DNA of 64,000 bases from Synechococcus sp. (GTDB lineage Bacteria; Cyanobacteriota; Cyanobacteriia; PCC-6307; Cyanobiaceae): NCBI GenBank assembly GCA_047285305.1, contig JBJBDL010000003.1, positions 1,120,001 to 1,184,000 of the forward strand, read 5' to 3'. Below, piece by piece: positions 23,827-34,774 of the stretch (its first letter is position 1; each line of letters begins with the position of its first letter). Under the pieces are notes generated by a model. The model was given only the letters and a program-made list of their open reading frames with translations, was not told the origin of the DNA and ran no database searches. A program made the translations under genes and the position numbers.

Positions 23827-24699
23827 ATGCATCTGCCTGAAGCCAACCTGCCCGTGACCCGCAGCCTCTCCACTCGCATGGCCCGCTGGGGCCTGGTGAT
23901 TGTGGGGATTTACCTGCTGGTGGCCTTGATCACACCGTTGTTGGTGAGTGCTGGCGTCCTTCCTGACGCCAATGCTGGCCTGGAGAACCCGATCTATTCC
24001 TCTCCCAGCTGGACCCATTGGTGCGGTACTGACCGGCTCGGCCGGGATGTGTGTGTGCGCACCATGGCCGGCAGTGGAGTGGCGCTTCAGGTGGTGTTGC
24101 TGGCGGTGGGTGTGGCCCTGCTGGTGGGTGTGCCCCTGGGCATGGTGAGTGGTTATTTCGGCGGTGCTGTCGATCGCCTGATGGTGCTGCTGATGGACAC
24201 GCTCTACACGCTGCCGGTGTTGTTGCTTTCGGTGGTGTTGGCCTTTCTGCTGGGCAAGGGCATTCCCAATGCCGCCGCCGCCCTTTGTGTGGTGTACGTG
24301 CCGCAGTATTTCCGCGTGGTGCGCAATCAAACCGCCCAGGTTAAGAGCGAGCTGTTTGTGGAGGCCGCCCAGAGCCTCGGGGCGGGGCCGCTCTGGATCC
24401 TGCGGCGCTACCTGTTCCGCAACGTGATCACCTCCGTGCCGGTGCTGCTCACCCTCAATGCCGCCGATGCGGTGCTGGTGCTGGGTGGATTGGGATTTCT
24501 CGGCCTGGGTCTGCCGGAGACCGTGCCTGAATGGGGTGGTGATCTCAACTTGGCCCTTGCAGCAGTGCCCACAGGGGTGTGGTGGACTGCGCTGTTCCCC
24601 GGCCTGGCGATGTTTGTGCTGGTGCTGGGGCTGTCCTTCCTTGGTGAAGGCATTGAGGCCTGGGTGAGCGGCGCAGAAGCCCGGCCCGCGTCAGACTGA
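23827..24699 (+). CDS. dppC: peptide ABC transporter permease (DppC/OppC type)
   Basis: HWCGTDRLGRD, FVEAAQSLGA (EAA loop), LGFLGLG..PEWG; start uncertain. Confidence 0.9.
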   Translation: MHLPEANLPVTRSLSTRMARWGLVIVGIYLLVALITPLLVSAGVLPDANAGLENPIYSSPSWTHWCGTDRLGRDVCVRTMAGSGVALQVVLLAVGVALLVGVPLGMVSGYFGGAVDRLMVLLMDTLYTLPVLLLSVVLAFLLGKGIPNAAAALCVVYVPQYFRVVRNQTAQVKSELFVEAAQSLGAGPLWILRRYLFRNVITSVPVLLTLNAADAVLVLGGLGFLGLGLPETVPEWGGDLNLALAAVPTGVWWTALFPGLAMFVLVLGLSFLGEGIEAWVSGAEARPASD

Positions 24700-24715
24700 T
24701 CCCATCGGCACGGGT

Positions 24716-24934
24716 GTGATGGCCTGGTGGATCAGCTTGCTGTTGCTGAGCATGGCCGCGTTGCTCTGGAAAAAGAGCTGCGACAGCACCGATGACGTGA
24801 TCGCATTGCTCGAGGGGATCCTTGCCACCACCTTGACGTTGGTGGTGGTGCTGGCCAGCCGCAATCTGCTGCTGGAAACGGCGGTGTTGATCGCCGCGGT
24901 TCAGTTGCCTGGAGTGCCGCGGCGACCGCGCTGA
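24716..24934 (+). CDS. small membrane hypothetical protein
   Basis: Hydrophobic 72-aa ORF filling the gap. Confidence 0.55.
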   Translation: MMAWWISLLLLSMAALLWKKSCDSTDDVIALLEGILATTLTLVVVLASRNLLLETAVLIAAVQLPGVPRRPR

Positions 24935-24936
24935 TC

Positions 24937-25110
24937 TCAGGCTGGTTTCGGTGCTTTCACCTCACGGATCGAAATCCGGCAGGAGCTGGGGAAGATGGCG
25001 TGGGCCGCTTCCACGGCATGGCTGAGATTGTCGGACTGGAGCATTTCTTCGCCCCATTCGTTGCCGCAGTGGTAGGTGACTGCGTACTGGTGCAGCTGTT
25101 TGTTGTCCAT
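24937..25110 (-). CDS. small hypothetical protein
   Basis: MDNKQLHQYAVTYHCG..; core-like codon usage. Confidence 0.6.
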   Translation of the reverse strand: MDNKQLHQYAVTYHCGNEWGEEMLQSDNLSHAVEAAHAIFPSSCRISIREVKAPKPA

Positions 25111-25173
25111 TGCTGACAATCCGCTGCTTTGGTTATGGCCCAGGGTTCACGGAGATACAAGTCTTCCCTTGGA

Positions 25174-25863
25174 TCAGCAGCGCAGCTTCACAGTTCGCGG
25201 CAACTCCTCCATCAGCTCTCCCTCCTCACTCAAGGCGAGGTAAGGCCGTTCCTGTTCCCGGCACCAGCGGGCCACCTCGGGGTAGGACCACTCAAACAGC
25301 AACTGCTGGTACTGCTCTGGCTTCAGGCCTTCTCCCTGGGTTGGAGCCAGTCCGGCCACCTGGCGTTGGCGCAGCGCCTCAAACAGCAGGGTTGCGGTGG
25401 CGACCGACACGTTCAGGGACTGCACCATGCCACGCATCGGGATGAACAGCGCTTCATCCATCAGGTCCCGGGCCTGATCGGTCAGCCCCCATTTCTCGGC
25501 CCCGAGCACGAAGGCGGTGGGCCCGGTGAAGTCGCACTCCCGGTAGTCCTTGGCATCCACTCCGAGATGGGTGCCGTAGAGCCGGAACCCTTTCGCTTTG
25601 AGATGGCGGATGGCTGTTTCGGTGTCGGGATGGTCGTGCAGAGGCACCCATTTCTGGCTGCCCTGGGCCGTGCTGTTGAAAGTGCGTGGCCGCCCGTCAA
25701 AACTCACCGCGTGGGCTTCCAGCGCCCCGACGGCATCACAGCTGCGCAGGATGGCGGAAAGGTTGTGGGGTTTCTCCACGTGTTCGAGCAGCACCGTGAG
25801 ATCCGCCATGCGGTGGTTGAGCACGGATTTCAGCCGCTCAAACCGTCGCGGCAGCAGGGGCAT
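25174..25863 (-). CDS. trmH: tRNA (guanosine-2'-O)-methyltransferase
   Basis: KPHNLSAILRSCDAVG, LGAEKWG, IPMRGMVQSLNVSVA SPOUT motifs. Confidence 0.93.
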   Translation of the reverse strand: MPLLPRRFERLKSVLNHRMADLTVLLEHVEKPHNLSAILRSCDAVGALEAHAVSFDGRPRTFNSTAQGSQKWVPLHDHPDTETAIRHLKAKGFRLYGTHLGVDAKDYRECDFTGPTAFVLGAEKWGLTDQARDLMDEALFIPMRGMVQSLNVSVATATLLFEALRQRQVAGLAPTQGEGLKPEQYQQLLFEWSYPEVARWCREQERPYLALSEEGELMEELPRTVKLRC

Positions 25864-26003
25864 GGGCGGTCAATCGGGTGAGAGCAACAGGTGGGGGCCT
25901 TCCATGCTTTGGGGTCTGGAACGACAATCGAGAAGTCAGCGCTTCCGTCGCCATCCAGATCCCGCCCAAGGATCCCTCCGTTGAACCGTACGTCTCCGGC
26001 GGC

Positions 26004-26327
26004 ATGTTTGATCAGCGTGTCTGGGGCCAGGTGGCCCGCATCCCCCACGGTCGCTTGGCGACCTATGGCCAGATCGCTGATTTGGTCGGTGCCTTTGGTT
26101 GTGCGCGTCAGGTGGGTTGGGCCTTGCGGCGTCTAAAGCTCCCGTCCAGCGTTCCCTGGCACCGCGTGGTGAACGCTAAAGGCCGGATTTCGATGAGCCT
26201 CAGCCGTGAGGGCAGTGACTGGATCCAGCGTGACCTGCTGCTGGCTGAGGGCATTCCGGTGGATGCGGAAGGACGCTTGCCGCTGCGTCAGTTCCTCTGG
26301 CACCCGGACGCCCATGCTGGGGTTTGA
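26004..26327 (+). CDS. MGMT family / alkyltransferase-like protein
   Basis: IPHGRLATYGQIA, ARQVG, PWHRVVN (W in place of catalytic C). Confidence 0.9.
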   Translation: MFDQRVWGQVARIPHGRLATYGQIADLVGAFGCARQVGWALRRLKLPSSVPWHRVVNAKGRISMSLSREGSDWIQRDLLLAEGIPVDAEGRLPLRQFLWHPDAHAGV

Positions 26328-26330
26328 TGC

Positions 26331-27668
26331 GTGCTGCTCTTGTCTGATTCGGCTCCGATTGGACTGCTGCCGCGCCGTCTCGCCTGGGATGTATTGCAGG
26401 CGGTTGCGGCTGGGGCCTATGCCGATGTGGCCCTGGAGCGGGTGCTGCGAGAGCGGGACCTCAAGCCTTCGGATCGGGGATTGGTGACCGAGCTGGCCTA
26501 TGGCGCGATCCGCCAACGGCGCACTCTCGATGCCTGGCTGGATCGGTTGGGCAAGGTGCCGGCGTTTAAACAACCGCCCAAGCTGCGCTGGCTGTTGCAT
26601 GTGGGGCTCTATCAACTGCTGTTGATGGAGCGGATTCCAGAGTCAGCAGCGGTGAACACCGCCGTGGAGTTGGCCAAAACCAGCAAGGGATTGGCCCGGC
26701 TGGCCCCTGTGGTGAATGGGGTGCTCCGTGCGGCGCTGCGGGCACGGGAGGCCGGCGAAACCCTGCAACGGCCCAACGATCTGGCCGCTCAGCTTGCCCA
26801 GACCCATTCCCTGCCGGATTGGTTCACCCAGTTGTTGATCGAGTGGCGCGGGGTGGAGGGGGCCGCGGCGGTGGCAAGCGCCTGCAACCGTGTGCCGGAT
26901 CTGGATTTGCGGGTGAATCGGTTGCGATCGAGCCCTGCGCAGGTGCAGCAGGATCTGGCTGCGGGTGGCATCAGCAGTGAGCCCATCGTTGGTTGTCCCG
27001 ACGGCTTACGCATCTCAGGCCACAGCGGCGATCTGCGCCACTGGCCTGGCTATGCCGAGGGCCATTGGTGTGTGCAGGATTGTTCGGCGCAATGGATTGC
27101 GCCTCTGCTCGATCCCAATCCGGGAGATCGCATCCTGGATGCCTGCGCGGCTCCGGGGGGGAAAGCCACCCATTTGGCCGAGTTGGTGGGAGATCATGCG
27201 GAGATCTGGGCTGTGGACCGTTCAGCCGGACGGCTCAAGCGTGTTGCGGCCAATGCTGCCCGGCTTGGCCTCTCCTCCATCAATGCCCTGGCTGCGGATG
27301 CCGCCAATCTTTTGGAGCAGCGTCCCCAATGGCGTGCATCCTTCCAGCGGATTTTGATCGACGCCCCCTGCTCGGGGCTAGGAACCCTGGCCCGTCACCC
27401 CGACGCCCGTTGGCGCGTGACGCCCCAATCCATTCGTGGTCTTTTGCCCCAACAACAGGCTCTGCTGGATGGGCTTTTGCCGTTGTTGGCTCCCCAGGGA
27501 GTGTTGGTGTACGCAACGTGCACCATTCATCCCGATGAAAATCAGAAACAGATCCAGGCGTTGTTGAAGCGCCATCCAGCGCTTCGCGTGGAGCAGGAGA
27601 GCCAGCTCTGGCCGGATCAAGCCAACGGGGGGGATGGGTTTTACTCGGCTGTGCTGCAGCGGGCTTAG
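26331..27668 (+). CDS. rsmB: 16S rRNA m5C967 methyltransferase
   Basis: NusB-like N-terminus; DACAAPGGK, DAPCSGLG, YATCT, DGFY. Confidence 0.93.
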   Translation: MLLLSDSAPIGLLPRRLAWDVLQAVAAGAYADVALERVLRERDLKPSDRGLVTELAYGAIRQRRTLDAWLDRLGKVPAFKQPPKLRWLLHVGLYQLLLMERIPESAAVNTAVELAKTSKGLARLAPVVNGVLRAALRAREAGETLQRPNDLAAQLAQTHSLPDWFTQLLIEWRGVEGAAAVASACNRVPDLDLRVNRLRSSPAQVQQDLAAGGISSEPIVGCPDGLRISGHSGDLRHWPGYAEGHWCVQDCSAQWIAPLLDPNPGDRILDACAAPGGKATHLAELVGDHAEIWAVDRSAGRLKRVAANAARLGLSSINALAADAANLLEQRPQWRASFQRILIDAPCSGLGTLARHPDARWRVTPQSIRGLLPQQQALLDGLLPLLAPQGVLVYATCTIHPDENQKQIQALLKRHPALRVEQESQLWPDQANGGDGFYSAVLQRA

Positions 27669-27677
27669 GGCCTTGGA

Positions 27678-29708
27678 TCAATCCCGGTTCCAGCGACGCC
27701 CTTGGCGATCAACGTTGTTGCCTGGCGAGCTGTCTCTCCATAGATAAGGGGTCTGTCGAGGTGGAGGCGCCAAGGGCGTGAGACCGGGCAGGTCGGACTC
27801 AACTGTCGGTTGACTTGCATCAGGCAAGTTGATGGGCTTGGTCTTGGGTGGCTTGGCGATCGTTTTCGGGTCGACAGCCAAACGCACTCTGCGTTTCAGC
27901 TTGGGTTTGTCGGGGAAGTTGCGGACGAGGATCTCGTCCTTGATCTGGAGCATGAACTGCTTCCAAGCCCAAGCCGCCTCGCCGCTGGTGCTCTTGGTGG
28001 CGCGGTCGTCGTCGTATCCAAACCAGACGCCCGTTGTGAGCTGAGGAATCGAGCCGATGAACCAAAGATCACGGGTGTTCTCTGACGTTCCCGTTTTGCC
28101 GGCCACCTGTCGATCATCGAGTTTGGCGGCGATGCCGGTGCCGCCGGTCACCACCCGCTGCAGCATCCAGTTCATGGTGTCTGCTACATCACTATCAATC
28201 GCCCGCTTGCCTGGGTTGTCGCTCAGCTGCCGGCTCCAAAGCAGCTCATTCTTCGGTCCACGGATTGCCTCAAAGGGGCTGGGTGTAAAGAACACACCGC
28301 GGTTGGCCATGCCGGCATAGGCGGCGGTCATGTCGAGGATGGTTTGCTCATAGGCCCCGATGGCCATGGGGTAATACTTGCCGAGAGGTCGATTGGTGCC
28401 GATGTTGAAGTTATTGGCAATCTCAATGACGGCATCAAACCCAACGATCTCCTGCAGTTGAACCGCCACCGTGTTGAGTGAGTTCTTCAGAGCATCAGCC
28501 AAGGAGATATTGCCGTAGTACTTGTTGCCAAAGTTTTTGGGGCAGTAGCCGTTCCAGCACCGCTTGGCATCAAACACTTTGGTTTCGGGCTTCATGCCCC
28601 GATCAATGGCCGCGGCGTAGGGAAACAGCTTGAAGGTGGAGCCCGGAGAGCGCAGCGCCAGGATGGTGCGGTTGAACTGGCTCTTGGAGAAATCCTTGCC
28701 GCCCACCATCACCCGCACCAGTCCGTTGCCAGGATCGATCGAAACCATCGCGCCTTCGGTGTCGAAGGGGGCATTGGCTCGAATCACTTGCTGAGCTTTC
28801 TTTTGCCAGTCGAGATTCAGGCTGGTGCGCACCTTGATCCCGCCCACTTCCAGTTGTTCTGCCGTCAATAATTTGGGCAGCTCCTGGGCAATCCAGGTGG
28901 TGAAGTAAGGCGCTGAACTGTTGAAGTACTTGGGTGTTGCAGGCTTCAGTCCGAGGGGGCTGTTGCGACCGCGCTCTGCCTCGCTGGCGGAGATGAATCC
29001 GGCCTGGGCCATGCGATCCAGAACGATCGAGCGCCGCTCTTCGGCCAGATCTGGATTCACCAGGGGTGAATAAATCGATGGAGCTGGCGGTAGCCCAGCG
29101 ATCATGGCTGCTTCAGGAACCGTGAGCTGCTCCGGGGTTTTGGAGAAGTAGATCCAGGCCGCATCTGCAACGCCATAGGCGCCGGACCCCAGGTAGACGT
29201 AGTTGAGGTACTGCTCGAGGATCTGCTGCTTGCTCAGCTGGCGCTCTAGCTTCATGGCCAGAGCCGCTTCCTTGAGTTTGCGAGTGATCGTTCGGTCTTG
29301 GCTCAAAAAGACGGTTCGAGCCAGCTGCTGGGTGATTGTGCTTGCCCCTTCCCGAACCGCACCTTGGCGGACATTGGTGACGATGGCCCTGGCGATGCCC
29401 CAGCCATCCACACCGTCGTGTTGATAAAAGCGACGGTCTTCGGCGGCAATGAAAGCCTCAGCCACACTTTGCGGCATCGCACCGGGTTTGACCTTTTCTC
29501 GCGTCGCTGGCCCAAGCTTCTGGATCACCTTGCCGTTGGTGGAGAGCAGGGTGATAGTTCCTGGCCGATTGAAACTGGCAATTCCGCGGGCATCCGGCAG
29601 CGTGGCATCCATCAGTTCCGTCAGGGCGCGCATGCTTAGAGATGCGCCCACGCCCACTGCAGCTGCTGTGCCAGCGATCAGTGCCCAGCGCAGGCGGGAA
29701 CGGTTCAC
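27678..29708 (-). CDS. class A penicillin-binding protein (transglycosylase/transpeptidase)
   Basis: EDRRFYQHDG, GASTITQQL, SPGSTFK, SLN, KTG. Confidence 0.95.
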   Translation of the reverse strand: MNRSRLRWALIAGTAAAVGVGASLSMRALTELMDATLPDARGIASFNRPGTITLLSTNGKVIQKLGPATREKVKPGAMPQSVAEAFIAAEDRRFYQHDGVDGWGIARAIVTNVRQGAVREGASTITQQLARTVFLSQDRTITRKLKEAALAMKLERQLSKQQILEQYLNYVYLGSGAYGVADAAWIYFSKTPEQLTVPEAAMIAGLPPAPSIYSPLVNPDLAEERRSIVLDRMAQAGFISASEAERGRNSPLGLKPATPKYFNSSAPYFTTWIAQELPKLLTAEQLEVGGIKVRTSLNLDWQKKAQQVIRANAPFDTEGAMVSIDPGNGLVRVMVGGKDFSKSQFNRTILALRSPGSTFKLFPYAAAIDRGMKPETKVFDAKRCWNGYCPKNFGNKYYGNISLADALKNSLNTVAVQLQEIVGFDAVIEIANNFNIGTNRPLGKYYPMAIGAYEQTILDMTAAYAGMANRGVFFTPSPFEAIRGPKNELLWSRQLSDNPGKRAIDSDVADTMNWMLQRVVTGGTGIAAKLDDRQVAGKTGTSENTRDLWFIGSIPQLTTGVWFGYDDDRATKSTSGEAAWAWKQFMLQIKDEILVRNFPDKPKLKRRVRLAVDPKTIAKPPKTKPINLPDASQPTVESDLPGLTPLAPPPRQTPYLWRDSSPGNNVDRQGRRWNRD

Positions 29709-30658
29709 ATCACCTGGGTCAAGGGGCTATGGCCCACGGCCAGAGCGGTCACCAACATGCCGAGCACCAGGAAGGGCTGGGCACTGGCCTGATATTTCAC
29801 GTCAAAGGCAACGGGGTCTCTCAGCAACCAGATGTCCTGGAAGGTGATCTGGGGGACGATCAAGAGAACAAGCAGAACCGCTGCAAAATGCTGGCCGATC
29901 CCGATCAAGACGGCAACCATCGCTAGCTGAAAAACATCGATCATTGCGGCGCTGATCCAACTGGCTCGTTCAATGCCGAACACCACCGGCAAAGACTGAA
30001 GTCCGAGTTCACGGTCGCCCTCAACGCTCTTGAAGTCGTTGACAACAGCGATGCCAAGACCCGCAAGGCTGTAGGCCAGGGTGAGCAATGCTGTGCCCCA
30101 GGTCAGCTGCCCGAAGAGGGCCTGTCCAGCCCACCAGGGCAGGGCGATGTAGCTGGCGCCGAGGGCGTAATTCCCCAGCCACCCGTTCTGCTTGAGCTTC
30201 AGCGGCGGTGCTGAATAGATGTAGCTCACAAACGAGCCTCCCAACGCCAGCAGAAAGACCACAGGAGTGCTGTGGCCCGCCCACAGGTCGAGTCCGTAGG
30301 ACACGCCTAAACCGGCGAGCAGCAGCACCCAGATCTGGAGCTTCACCTGACCGAGGGGAATCGCTCCCGACGGGATCGGACGATACGGCTCATTGATCGC
30401 GTCGATCTCGCGGTCGTAGTAGTCGTTGATGGTCTGGGTGAAGCCCGCCAGCAGAGGACCGCTCATCAACATGCAGGCGAAGGCGCATAGCAAGTGGTCC
30501 ACACGCCACTCATAGTTGCCGCTGGCCGCGGCACCACAGATAACCCCCCAGATCAATGGGATCCATGTGACCGGTTTCATCAGCTGCAGCCGCAGCTTCC
30601 AGATGTTGGTGGTGCCTGAGGCACCCTTCATCCCAAGCAGCTGACGCGCGTCGCTCAC
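29705..30658 (-). CDS. chlG: chlorophyll synthase
   Basis: LMKPVTWIPL, NDYYDREIDAINEPYRPIPSG, NDFKSVEGDR. Confidence 0.97.
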   Translation of the reverse strand: MSDARQLLGMKGASGTTNIWKLRLQLMKPVTWIPLIWGVICGAAASGNYEWRVDHLLCAFACMLMSGPLLAGFTQTINDYYDREIDAINEPYRPIPSGAIPLGQVKLQIWVLLLAGLGVSYGLDLWAGHSTPVVFLLALGGSFVSYIYSAPPLKLKQNGWLGNYALGASYIALPWWAGQALFGQLTWGTALLTLAYSLAGLGIAVVNDFKSVEGDRELGLQSLPVVFGIERASWISAAMIDVFQLAMVAVLIGIGQHFAAVLLVLLIVPQITFQDIWLLRDPVAFDVKYQASAQPFLVLGMLVTALAVGHSPLTQVM

Positions 30659-30669
30659 AGAGAAAGTCC

Positions 30670-30885
30670 TCAGGCGGTGGCGATTTCGTCTTCGAAGAAC
30701 CAGCTTGTGGAGCCATCGCTGAGCTCAACAACCACGCCGATTCCCTTGCCGTCGACTGTGCGGAAATCCTTCACCGTGCCGTTGGCGTCCTTCTTCAGAA
30801 GGTCAACCATGGCCTGGGGAATGCGATCACGCACGCGGGTTACGCGAACCTTGGAGCCGATCGAAATGGCGTCAGCCTGGGACAT
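30670..30885 (-). CDS. petP: DUF2862 / PetP family protein
   Basis: [30 protein letters not shown]. Confidence 0.75.
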   Translation of the reverse strand: MSQADAISIGSKVRVTRVRDRIPQAMVDLLKKDANGTVKDFRTVDGKGIGVVVELSDGSTSWFFEDEIATA

Positions 30886-30941
30886 GGCCTGCGAGGCTTG
30901 GAGAGTGGCGCAACCCTAACAGTCGCTTTTGCGCCGAATCG

Positions 30942-31712
30942 ATGGTTGCTCTGCGTCTGATTCCCTGTCTGGATGTCGCCCGGGGACGGGTGGTGAAAGG
31001 TGTCAATTTCGTTGGCCTGCGCGATGCCGGCGATCCAGTGGAGCTGGCTTGCCGTTACAGCCGTTCAGGGGCGGATGAACTCGTTTTCCTTGACATCGCA
31101 GCCAGCCATGAGGGGCGGGGCACCCTGGTCGACATGGTGCGTCGCACAGCTGAATCGGTCACGATCCCTTTCACGGTTGGCGGTGGCATCAGCACCGTCG
31201 AGGGAATCACCGAGTTGTTGCGGGCCGGTGCAGACAAGGTGAGTCTCAACTCCTCGGCGGTGCGGCGACCCGAGCTGGTGCGAGAGGGGGCCGATCAGTT
31301 TGGCTGCCAGTGCATCGTCGTGGCTATTGATGCTCGGCGGCGCGATGCCGGCGGCTGGGATGTGTATGTGAAGGGAGGCCGAGAGAACACTGGCCTCGAT
31401 GTTGTGGAGTGGGCCCAGCGGGTGGCTGGTCTCGGGGCTGGAGAGATCTTGCTCACCTCCATGGATGGTGATGGCACCCAGGCTGGTTACGATCTCGCCC
31501 TGACCCGGACCGTGGCCGATGCGGTCCCCATCCCGGTGATCGCCTCCGGTGGTGCGGGCTGCCTGGATCACATCGCTGAGGCGTTGAACGTGGGCCCTGA
31601 GGGAGGCCATGCTTCCGCAGCTTTGCTGGCCTCATTGCTGCACGACGGTGTTCTCACCGTGGAACAAATCAAGCAAGATCTGCTTTCCCGTGGTCTGACG
31701 ATCCGTCCATGA
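30942..31712 (+). CDS. hisF: imidazole glycerol phosphate synthase cyclase subunit
   Basis: [26 protein letters not shown]. Confidence 0.97.
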   Translation: MVALRLIPCLDVARGRVVKGVNFVGLRDAGDPVELACRYSRSGADELVFLDIAASHEGRGTLVDMVRRTAESVTIPFTVGGGISTVEGITELLRAGADKVSLNSSAVRRPELVREGADQFGCQCIVVAIDARRRDAGGWDVYVKGGRENTGLDVVEWAQRVAGLGAGEILLTSMDGDGTQAGYDLALTRTVADAVPIPVIASGGAGCLDHIAEALNVGPEGGHASAALLASLLHDGVLTVEQIKQDLLSRGLTIRP

Positions 31713-32410
31713 AGCCTGGTGATCCCGCGGCGGTGGAACAGCTGTTTGACGCTGTCGCTCCCCGCTACGACCGCCTCAACGATGTGCTCAGTTTCGGGTT
31801 GCATCGCCAGTGGAAACGTCAGTTGGTGCGCGCCCTCAAGCCGGTGGCTGGCGAGCATTGGCTGGATCTGTGCTGCGGAACGGGGGACCTGGCCTTGGAA
31901 CTGGGGCGATGTGTTCGCCCCGCCGGTGCGGTGACTGGTCTGGATGCCGCCGCTGCTCCACTTGAGCGCGCCCGCCAGCGCCAGCGCCAGCAGCCCTGGT
32001 TGCCGGTGACCTTCCAGCAAGGGGATGCTCTGCAAACCGGCTTGCCCACTGCCTGCGCTGATGGTGCGGTGATGGCCTATGGATTGCGCAATCTGGCGGA
32101 TCCCCTGCAGGGGCTGAAGGAACTGCGCCGGCTGTTGAAGCCCGACGGGCGCGCTGGGGTGCTGGATTTCAACCGTCTGCCCCAAAGCGGTGCGGCGGCT
32201 GCCTTTCAGCGCTTCTATTTGCGTCGCCTGGTGGTGCCAGCTGCCGCCTCTGTGGGCTTACGGGAGGAGTACGCATACCTGGAGAAAAGTCTGGAGTGCT
32301 TTCCTGTGGGCCCTGAACAGGAGCGGCTGGCACGGCAGGCGGGATTTGCCGAAGCGAACCACCGCTCGCTCGTGGCCGGGCAGATGGGCGTTTTGATCCT
32401 TAGGGCATGA
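31709..32410 (+). CDS. menG: UbiE/MenG family methyltransferase
   Basis: [32 protein letters not shown]. Confidence 0.88.
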   Translation: MKPGDPAAVEQLFDAVAPRYDRLNDVLSFGLHRQWKRQLVRALKPVAGEHWLDLCCGTGDLALELGRCVRPAGAVTGLDAAAAPLERARQRQRQQPWLPVTFQQGDALQTGLPTACADGAVMAYGLRNLADPLQGLKELRRLLKPDGRAGVLDFNRLPQSGAAAAFQRFYLRRLVVPAAASVGLREEYAYLEKSLECFPVGPEQERLARQAGFAEANHRSLVAGQMGVLILRA

Positions 32411-32490
32411 CTCTTCACTTGCGTCGCTTGCGACACGCCCCGTCTCTGACGTATGAAAGCCGAAGGCAACGTTAAGGGGGAGGTTCCGGT

Positions 32491-32841
32491 TTGGCGTTTC
32501 CGCTGCCGAAGCTGCTGCCCCGCATCGAAGAGCTGCTTCAAGAAGTGCAGTGGCTGGATGGTCTGATCCTGATCACCGACTCCGACCGCGCCTGTTTCGT
32601 CTCCTTCTCACAAGTGGATCCACTGTTGCGTCGCCTGCGCCAGCGCCCCAAGGGTCCAGAGGTCGCTGAAAAGCTCTGTATGTCCTTGCTGGATTGCCAT
32701 GGCAAGGGGGGCGCAAAGCCCGTCCTGGTCTTTCAGGGGGATGGCAGTTTCTGGCTCGGAATGATTGGTCCCAGCGGCAACAATCCGCACCGCCATCACG
32801 CCATCGCGCACCTCCACCGTTGCCTGGCTTTGGAGGGCTGA
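32491..32841 (+). CDS. conserved hypothetical protein
   Basis: Core-like codon usage; KPVLVFQGDGSFWLG. Confidence 0.7.
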   Translation: MAFPLPKLLPRIEELLQEVQWLDGLILITDSDRACFVSFSQVDPLLRRLRQRPKGPEVAEKLCMSLLDCHGKGGAKPVLVFQGDGSFWLGMIGPSGNNPHRHHAIAHLHRCLALEG

Positions 32842-33218
32842 CCGGCCACTGGGCAGAATCGGAACCTAAGTAGCCCCGGCCCAGTGCATTTGCAGGACAG
32901 AAACTGCTCAATGTCTTGAAATTAAGCCCTGACTGTGATTTGAGCGATTAAAGTCACTGGTAACGACAAATTATCAACGGTAAGGAGCGGTTTAATTAGT
33001 TTGGAATCGCCTTCAGTCATCCATCTTGTCGTTGATTTAAGGTAAGCACGTCAGTATGAGTACATATAGATAGTCTCTAGATAATAATGATGGATCAATT
33101 CGTCAAGAAACTGCGTTTGAATTAGAAGGATCTGTTTGTAGAATTCATTCACTGCAACTACAGTAACGTTTTTAACAAGAAGATATGAGAGGTTGTTCGA
33201 CAGTAGAGAATTCTGAAC

Positions 33219-33473
33219 TTAAGAGACCTGAAGGAGTTGGATTATGTCTGTCAATTCGTCGATCTGAGTAGGTTGTTTGTCTCTGTCGTCGACAAAGGTC
33301 ACTTCATATCCCTCGTAGTTTTTCATTAAATCCAGTTCGACGACATCTCCGTTCAGGAACATCCGCATATTGACTCCCCAGTCAGCGCACTGAACCAGGA
33401 GCGACTCCACTTTGTCCTGTTTCAAGTCTGTTAGGAGTGAGCGGATGGTTTCTTCGGTTTGCGCTGCGTCCAT
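33219..33473 (-). CDS. hypothetical protein
   Basis: ATG ORF with protein-like acidic composition. Confidence 0.6.
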   Translation of the reverse strand: MDAAQTEETIRSLLTDLKQDKVESLLVQCADWGVNMRMFLNGDVVELDLMKNYEGYEVTFVDDRDKQPTQIDELTDIIQLLQVS

Positions 33474-33487
33474 TGGTCCCTCGGGTT

Positions 33488-33694
33488 TCAGGGAATATCC
33501 GCGGAGTCTGAATCCCGCGGCAAGGGACTGGTGTTCAGAGTCGTTCCGTCTGACCTTTTTGACTCCTGTTCTGCTCTGGTCAGTCTCTCCACCAGGTTCA
33601 GGGTGTCGTGAGGGGACAAATCACCGTCATCGCTCCACTTGAGAGTGGAAAGGTCAGGCGGGCACATGAGGGGATTTGGCATGTATTTGCGCAA
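33488..33694 (-). CDS. hypothetical protein
   Basis: Short ORF directly upstream of 33219-33473. Confidence 0.45.
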   Translation of the reverse strand: MRKYMPNPLMCPPDLSTLKWSDDGDLSPHDTLNLVERLTRAEQESKRSDGTTLNTSPLPRDSDSADIP

Positions 33695-33797
33695 CCTACG
33701 GACGTTGAGATCACTGTTCTGGCAATGCTCCCCAAAGATTCATGGAAGAAATACTGAATTGAGTGCCCTAGTGATACCGAACTGGTTGGGAGTGGTT

Positions 33798-34262
33798 TTA
33801 ACCACGCACAATCCGACCACCCAGGCATTGCGCAGAGATGGTCCAGAACCCCGCCGCTGCTTTCAGGAGTTTTCGATTTGGAGCGAACTCCTCTGTTCGC
33901 CAAAAAAGGAGCGCATTGTCCAACCCAACAAAAATCACTCGATTGGCGTCCTGGGGTTTGGGGACTCGATTATGCGGGTTCCATACAAGGTCGTTCTCAA
34001 ATAGGAGAGCAGTTCCTGAATTAGCGGCGTCCTGGGTGAAGAAGGACCAAGTGGTTTGGCGGTATTGCTTGGGTTTACTGGACATAAATATTCCAAGTCG
34101 TTTGTTGTCCTGGATCAGAACCCCTCGAAGTCCCGTAGGAGTTCGCTCTTTCAAGCGAATGGAAATGGTGGGAACCTCTTCACTGGTTACTTCGCAAACC
34201 AAGGGCAGTGGGACTGCACTCGCAGGCATGGCTGATAGAAGCAGAAGGAGTAACGCCCTCAT
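33798..34262 (-). CDS. secreted hypothetical protein
   Basis: Signal peptide MRALLLLLLSAMPASA; C-terminal AAAGFW..C. Confidence 0.65.
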   Translation of the reverse strand: MRALLLLLLSAMPASAVPLPLVCEVTSEEVPTISIRLKERTPTGLRGVLIQDNKRLGIFMSSKPKQYRQTTWSFFTQDAANSGTALLFENDLVWNPHNRVPKPQDANRVIFVGLDNALLFWRTEEFAPNRKLLKAAAGFWTISAQCLGGRIVRG

Positions 34263-34287
34263 TCGTCCCTCATCAAACACGGCATTC

Positions 34288-34467
34288 TCATGGATTCACC
34301 TCAGTTAGGACTTCTCCGTCTTCGCTCAGCACTCGGGTTTTCCTGCCGATCCTCTTGGCGATCCTCTTTGCTTCTTCAGAGGCGACCTCTAATGACGCTG
34401 CTCTCGCGTGGAGGTGCCATTCCAAAAAGGGATTCAGTTCTTGGATTTGGAACTGATGCCCTCCCAT
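34288..34467 (-). CDS. small hypothetical protein (59 aa)
   Basis: Manual translation MGGHQFQIQELNPFLEWHLHARAASLEVASEEAKRIAKRIGRKTRVLSEDGEVLTEVNP; tight operon-like spacing. Confidence 0.5.
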   Translation of the reverse strand: MGGHQFQIQELNPFLEWHLHARAASLEVASEEAKRIAKRIGRKTRVLSEDGEVLTEVNP

Positions 34468-34471
34468 CCCC

Positions 34472-34639
34472 TTAGTCGCCTACCAAGACTTCGTTGATCC
34501 GATCTTCGAGCGTCTTCTCCTCCAAGGCGGGGGAAAGAGCGTCTCCTGTTGCTCTGAGTAGATCAGCAGTGATCTGTCTTGCCTCTGGGTTGGCGTAGAT
34601 GAAGACGCCAATGGCAATACCCAGCAGAACTCTCAGCAC
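34472..34639 (-). CDS. small membrane-anchored protein (55 aa)
   Basis: Manual translation MLRVLLGIAIGVFIYANPEARQITADLLRATGDAL... Confidence 0.55.
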   Translation of the reverse strand: MLRVLLGIAIGVFIYANPEARQITADLLRATGDALSPALEEKTLEDRINEVLVGD

Positions 34640-34774
34640 GGCACCTTCACCTGTTGCTAAATGATCCGACGAACCATCGATGTTGTCATCCCCATCGCTG
34701 ATGCGATTTTTCCGTATCCATCTCCTCTCTGGCGTATCTCCATAACTGCTACCTCCCTTTCCGGTGGTGCCTTT